A stretch of DNA of 64,000 nucleotides, from positions 224,001 to 288,000 of the forward strand of contig OZ241326.1 of NCBI GenBank assembly GCA_965199855.1. The letters run 5' to 3'. Shown here piece after piece: positions 60,742-64,000 of the stretch (position 1 is the first letter of the stretch; every line of letters starts with the position of its first letter). The notes below the pieces were generated by a model. That model was given only the letters and a program-made list of their open reading frames with translations. It was not told the origin of the DNA and made no database searches. Position numbers and translations under genes: made by a program. This stretch comes from a bacterium. GTDB lineage: Bacteria > UBA8248.

Positions 60742-61761
60742 ATGCGCACCTACATCATCAGGCGCTGCCTTCAAAGCTTCATCGTGTTCACGGCGATTCT
60801 GATCATCGTGTTCTCGATGCTCCAGATCACCGGCAACCCCGCGGCCGTCCTGATGCCGCTGGACTCCTCCGAGGAGGACATCCGGGCCTTCAGCAAGGAG
60901 ATGGGCTTCGATCAGCCCATCCCGATCCAGTTCGCCAAGTTCATCCTGGGCTCGGACCTGGTGGACGATCTGCTGGGGGTCGAAAGGACGAAAGAGAAGA
61001 TCGACGACCTGGAGCGCGACTCCGACGCGCCCAAGATCGTCAGGACGAAGGGGGTGATCCGCGGGGATTTCGGCTTCTCCTACCGGCATGAAATTCCGGC
61101 GATGGGCCTCGTGCTCGAACATTTCCCGAACACGGTCCTCCTCGCCTTCGCGGCGGTGCTCATCGCCGTGGTGGTCTCCATCCCCGCCGGCGTGCTCTCG
61201 GCCACCTTCCGCAACACGTGGATTGACTACACCAGCTCCGTCGGCGCGATGTTCGGCCAGTCGATGCCGAACTTCTGGCTCGGGCTGCTGCTTATCATCT
61301 TCTTCGCCGTGTATCTGGGCTGGCTGCCCACGTCGGGCTTCGACGCCTGGTATTACATCGTCCTGCCGGCGATCACGGCGGGCCTTTACGCTACCGCGCG
61401 CATCACGCGCCTGGTGCGCTCGCAGATGCTCGAGGTGCTGGGCATGGACTACGTGCGCACGGCGCGCTCGAAGGGCATCGTGGAGTGGCTCGTGGTGGTG
61501 CGCCACGCCCTCAAGAACGCGTCCATCCCCGTCGTCACCCTAGTGGGCTTCGAGCTGGGCATCCTGCTCGGCGGCACGGTGGTGACGGAGGCCGTCTTCG
61601 CGTGGCCGGGCGTGGGCTTTCTGGTCGTGGACGCGATCAACAACCAGGACTATCCCATCGTCCAGGCGGCGGTGGCCCTGCTCGCGTTCGTGTTCGTTTT
61701 CGTGAATCTCGTGGTGGACATACTCTACGCCTGGCTCGACCCGAGAATCTCCTACAGCTAG
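60742..61761 (+). CDS. Peptide ABC transporter permease (DppB-like)
   Basis: GDFGFS, MPNFWLG, DYVRTARSKG, HALKNA, DPRI. Confidence 0.93.
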   Translation: MRTYIIRRCLQSFIVFTAILIIVFSMLQITGNPAAVLMPLDSSEEDIRAFSKEMGFDQPIPIQFAKFILGSDLVDDLLGVERTKEKIDDLERDSDAPKIVRTKGVIRGDFGFSYRHEIPAMGLVLEHFPNTVLLAFAAVLIAVVVSIPAGVLSATFRNTWIDYTSSVGAMFGQSMPNFWLGLLLIIFFAVYLGWLPTSGFDAWYYIVLPAITAGLYATARITRLVRSQMLEVLGMDYVRTARSKGIVEWLVVVRHALKNASIPVVTLVGFELGILLGGTVVTEAVFAWPGVGFLVVDAINNQDYPIVQAAVALLAFVFVFVNLVVDILYAWLDPRISYS

Positions 61762-61783
61762 GCGAGAGAGGAGAGAGGCCCTC

Positions 61784-62713
61784 ATGGCCGTGGACGACAG
61801 AGCGGCGGCGCTCAACGTTGAAATCGACGAAGACATGGAGCGCGGGCCGACTGATTTTCAGCTGGCGCTGCAGGAGCTCAAGCGGCGGCCGCCGGCGATT
61901 TTCGGCGCGCTGTTCATCGCCGTCGTCATCATCTTCGCCGTCGCGCCGGAATGGTTCTCTCCGCTCGATCCTCTCTCGCAGGATCTGGGGAGGTATCTCA
62001 AGGCGCCCGGCTATGTGGACAAGGCGGGCGACGTGTATTGGCTGGGCACCGATCAGCAGGGCCGCGACATCCTGAGCCGCATCGTCTGGGGTTCGCGCAT
62101 CTCGCTCATCGTCGGCATCGCCGCCGTCCTCGTGAGCGGCCTCATCGGCATCACGGTCGGCATTTTCGCGGGCTATTTCGGCGGATGGGTGGACACCGTC
62201 ATCAGCCGCATCATCGACACGGCCCTCGCGGTTCCCTTCATCCTGCTCGCCATCAGCCTGGTGGCGATACTGGGGCCGAGCCTTCAGAACATCGTTCTGG
62301 TCATCGCGCTGAGAACCTGGCTCGTCTATGCGCGGGTGGTGCGCGCGGAGGTTCTCTCCGTCAAGGAAAACGAGTTCATCACCGGAGCGCAGGCGACCGG
62401 CTGCGGCACGCTACGCATTCTGTTCGTCTATCTTTTCCCGAACGTCGCCTCGACGGCCATCGTCATCGCCACGCTCTACCTGGGCCGGATGATCATCATC
62501 GAGTCCGCGCTCTCCTTCCTGGGGCTGGGCGTGCCGCCTCCCACGCCGACCTGGGGCGGAATGCTCGCCGACGGCAGGAGCTTTCTCGACACGGCCTGGT
62601 GGATCGCGCTCTTCCCGGGCCTCATCCTGATGCTCACGGTCCTGAGCGTGAACCTGCTGGGCGACTGGCTGCGCGACGTGCTCGATCCGAGAATGAAGCG
62701 CCTCGCCGAGTAG
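61784..62713 (+). CDS. Peptide ABC transporter permease (DppC-like)
   Basis: LGTDQQGRD, ESALSFLGLG, WGGML, DVLDPR. Confidence 0.93.
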   Translation: MAVDDRAAALNVEIDEDMERGPTDFQLALQELKRRPPAIFGALFIAVVIIFAVAPEWFSPLDPLSQDLGRYLKAPGYVDKAGDVYWLGTDQQGRDILSRIVWGSRISLIVGIAAVLVSGLIGITVGIFAGYFGGWVDTVISRIIDTALAVPFILLAISLVAILGPSLQNIVLVIALRTWLVYARVVRAEVLSVKENEFITGAQATGCGTLRILFVYLFPNVASTAIVIATLYLGRMIIIESALSFLGLGVPPPTPTWGGMLADGRSFLDTAWWIALFPGLILMLTVLSVNLLGDWLRDVLDPRMKRLAE

Positions 62714-62736
62714 CCTACTCAAGCGGGAGCCTCCCC

Positions 62737-63729
62737 ATGCCGGACTTCGATCTTCCCGAAAGCGTTCTGGTGCGCGACGTGGTCATGCGCGACGGCATCC
62801 AGAACCTGAGCCAGACGCTGCCCACGGGGCTCAAGGTCGAGATTATTGAGGGCCTCGCCGAGGCGGGCGTTCGCCGCATCGAGGCCGCGAGCTTCATGAA
62901 CCCCAAGGCGGTGCCCGCCACCGCGGACGCCGAGGAGGTGATGCGCCGGATCAGGAGAAGGCCGGGCGTCCGATATGAGGCGCTGGTCGCCAACCGGCGC
63001 GGCGCGCGCCGGGCGGCGGACGCCGGATGCGACGGGATTCAGCAGGTCATCTCCCTCACGGACGCGCACAACCGGGCGAACGTCAACCGCTCGGTCAAGC
63101 AGAGCCTGGAGGAGATGCGCGAGGTGTCCCGCGTCGTGAAGGACGCCGGCGTCCCCTTCAGCGGAGCGATCAGCCTCGCGACGGGGTGTCCCTACACCGG
63201 GCGCGTGGCGGAGGAGGCGGTCTATGGCCTGGCCGGGAAATACGACGATCTGGGCGTGGACGAGGTGTTCCTGTGCGACTCGATGGGAATGGGCGATCCC
63301 GCGCGCATGGCGCGGATGGTTCGCGAGTTCAGGCACCGCTGGCCGCGCAAGGGGCTGGTCGTCCACATCCACAACACGCGCGGCATGGGGCTGGCCAACG
63401 CCCTGGCCTCGATGCAGGCGGGCGCGCGCGTTCTCGACGCCTCGCTCGGCGGCATCGGGGGGTGTCCCTTCGCGCCGGGGGCTTCGGGCAACGTCTCGAC
63501 GGAGGACCTGGCCCACATGCTCTGGCTCATGGAGGTGGAGACCGGCCTCGACGTGGACGCCCTCATCCGGCTGGCGCGAAGGCTGGCGGACGCCCTGGAA
63601 GCGCCCCTGCACGGCGCGGTGCTCAAGGCGGGCAAAAGCTTCGCCAAAGCGCCGATACCCGAGGGGCTTCTGGTGGACGAGGACGCCCGAACCACCCAGG
63701 CGGTGGACGCTCTCGCCGAGCGGGTGTGA
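62737..63729 (+). CDS. Hydroxymethylglutaryl-CoA lyase family
   Basis: RDGIQN, HIHNTRGMGLAN, GGCPFAPGASGNVSTEDL. Confidence 0.92.
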   Translation: MPDFDLPESVLVRDVVMRDGIQNLSQTLPTGLKVEIIEGLAEAGVRRIEAASFMNPKAVPATADAEEVMRRIRRRPGVRYEALVANRRGARRAADAGCDGIQQVISLTDAHNRANVNRSVKQSLEEMREVSRVVKDAGVPFSGAISLATGCPYTGRVAEEAVYGLAGKYDDLGVDEVFLCDSMGMGDPARMARMVREFRHRWPRKGLVVHIHNTRGMGLANALASMQAGARVLDASLGGIGGCPFAPGASGNVSTEDLAHMLWLMEVETGLDVDALIRLARRLADALEAPLHGAVLKAGKSFAKAPIPEGLLVDEDARTTQAVDALAERV

Positions 63730-63770
63730 CGCTTCGGGCTGAATCTTTTGGCGGGGCGCGCTTTGCTGGA

Positions 63771-64000
63771 TCAGCCGGGGTCGATCCCCTCGCTTTTGAG
63801 CCTCTCCTCCGCATAGCCCAGGCGCTCCACCAGAATCTCCCGGTTGCTCCGTCCCAGAGGCTCGGCCGCGTGGCGAATTTCGCCCGGCGTGCGCGAGAGC
63901 CTGCCGAAGACCTCCTGCATTCTCACCGCGCCGCCCAGCTCCTCATCCTGGACTGACGCGATGTTTCCGCGCGCGGCGACCTGCTCGTTCTCCATCACCA
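63771..64000 (-). CDS. CoA-transferase family III (CaiB/BaiF), C-terminal part
   Basis: QVAARG, RLSRTPGEIRH.A..LG..N.EIL..LG; truncated by the window end. Confidence 0.8.
   Translation of the reverse strand, partial: VMENEQVAARGNIASVQDEELGGAVRMQEVFGRLSRTPGEIRHAAEPLGRSNREILVERLGYAEERLKSEGIDPG

Overview
GC-rich (roughly 68-70% by eye) bacterial chromosomal window with about 58 CDS. Housekeeping genes include ctpA, rimO, degP-like, gatA/gatB, queG, csaA and a split F-ATPase operon (b', b, delta, alpha, gamma, beta, epsilon; no a or c). There are many catabolic genes: a hydantoinase A/B pair, SDR, class IV aminotransferase, two FAH-family proteins, LLM, E1 alpha/beta, HMG-CoA lyase, CoA-transferase and ABC parts. 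Accessory, lower-GC inserts are an XRE plus DUF4258-like pair bracketed by REP clusters, a NYN/PIN RNase, a type IIG-like R-M fusion, and an m4C MTase with an MvaI/BcnI endonuclease. Highlights: (1) a near-consensus sigma70 promoter, then a ~100-nt highly structured RNA ending in a U-tract, directly upstream of an intact NYN RNase; this is a candidate RNA-antitoxin/RNase system. (2) A selenoprotein missed by the ORF track (PrdB/GrdB-like, UxxC, in-frame TGA followed by a SECIS-like hairpin). (3) Composite GTAG/CGTC palindromic repeat clusters with covarying stems, plus a 6x20-bp tandem array that appears to derive from a collapsed REP. No rRNA, tRNA, CRISPR array or transposase was recognised. 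The lineage cannot be fixed; gene content suggests Deltaproteobacteria or Nitrospinota/Tectomicrobia-like bacteria (inference only). All family calls come from motif recognition by eye, not database searches.
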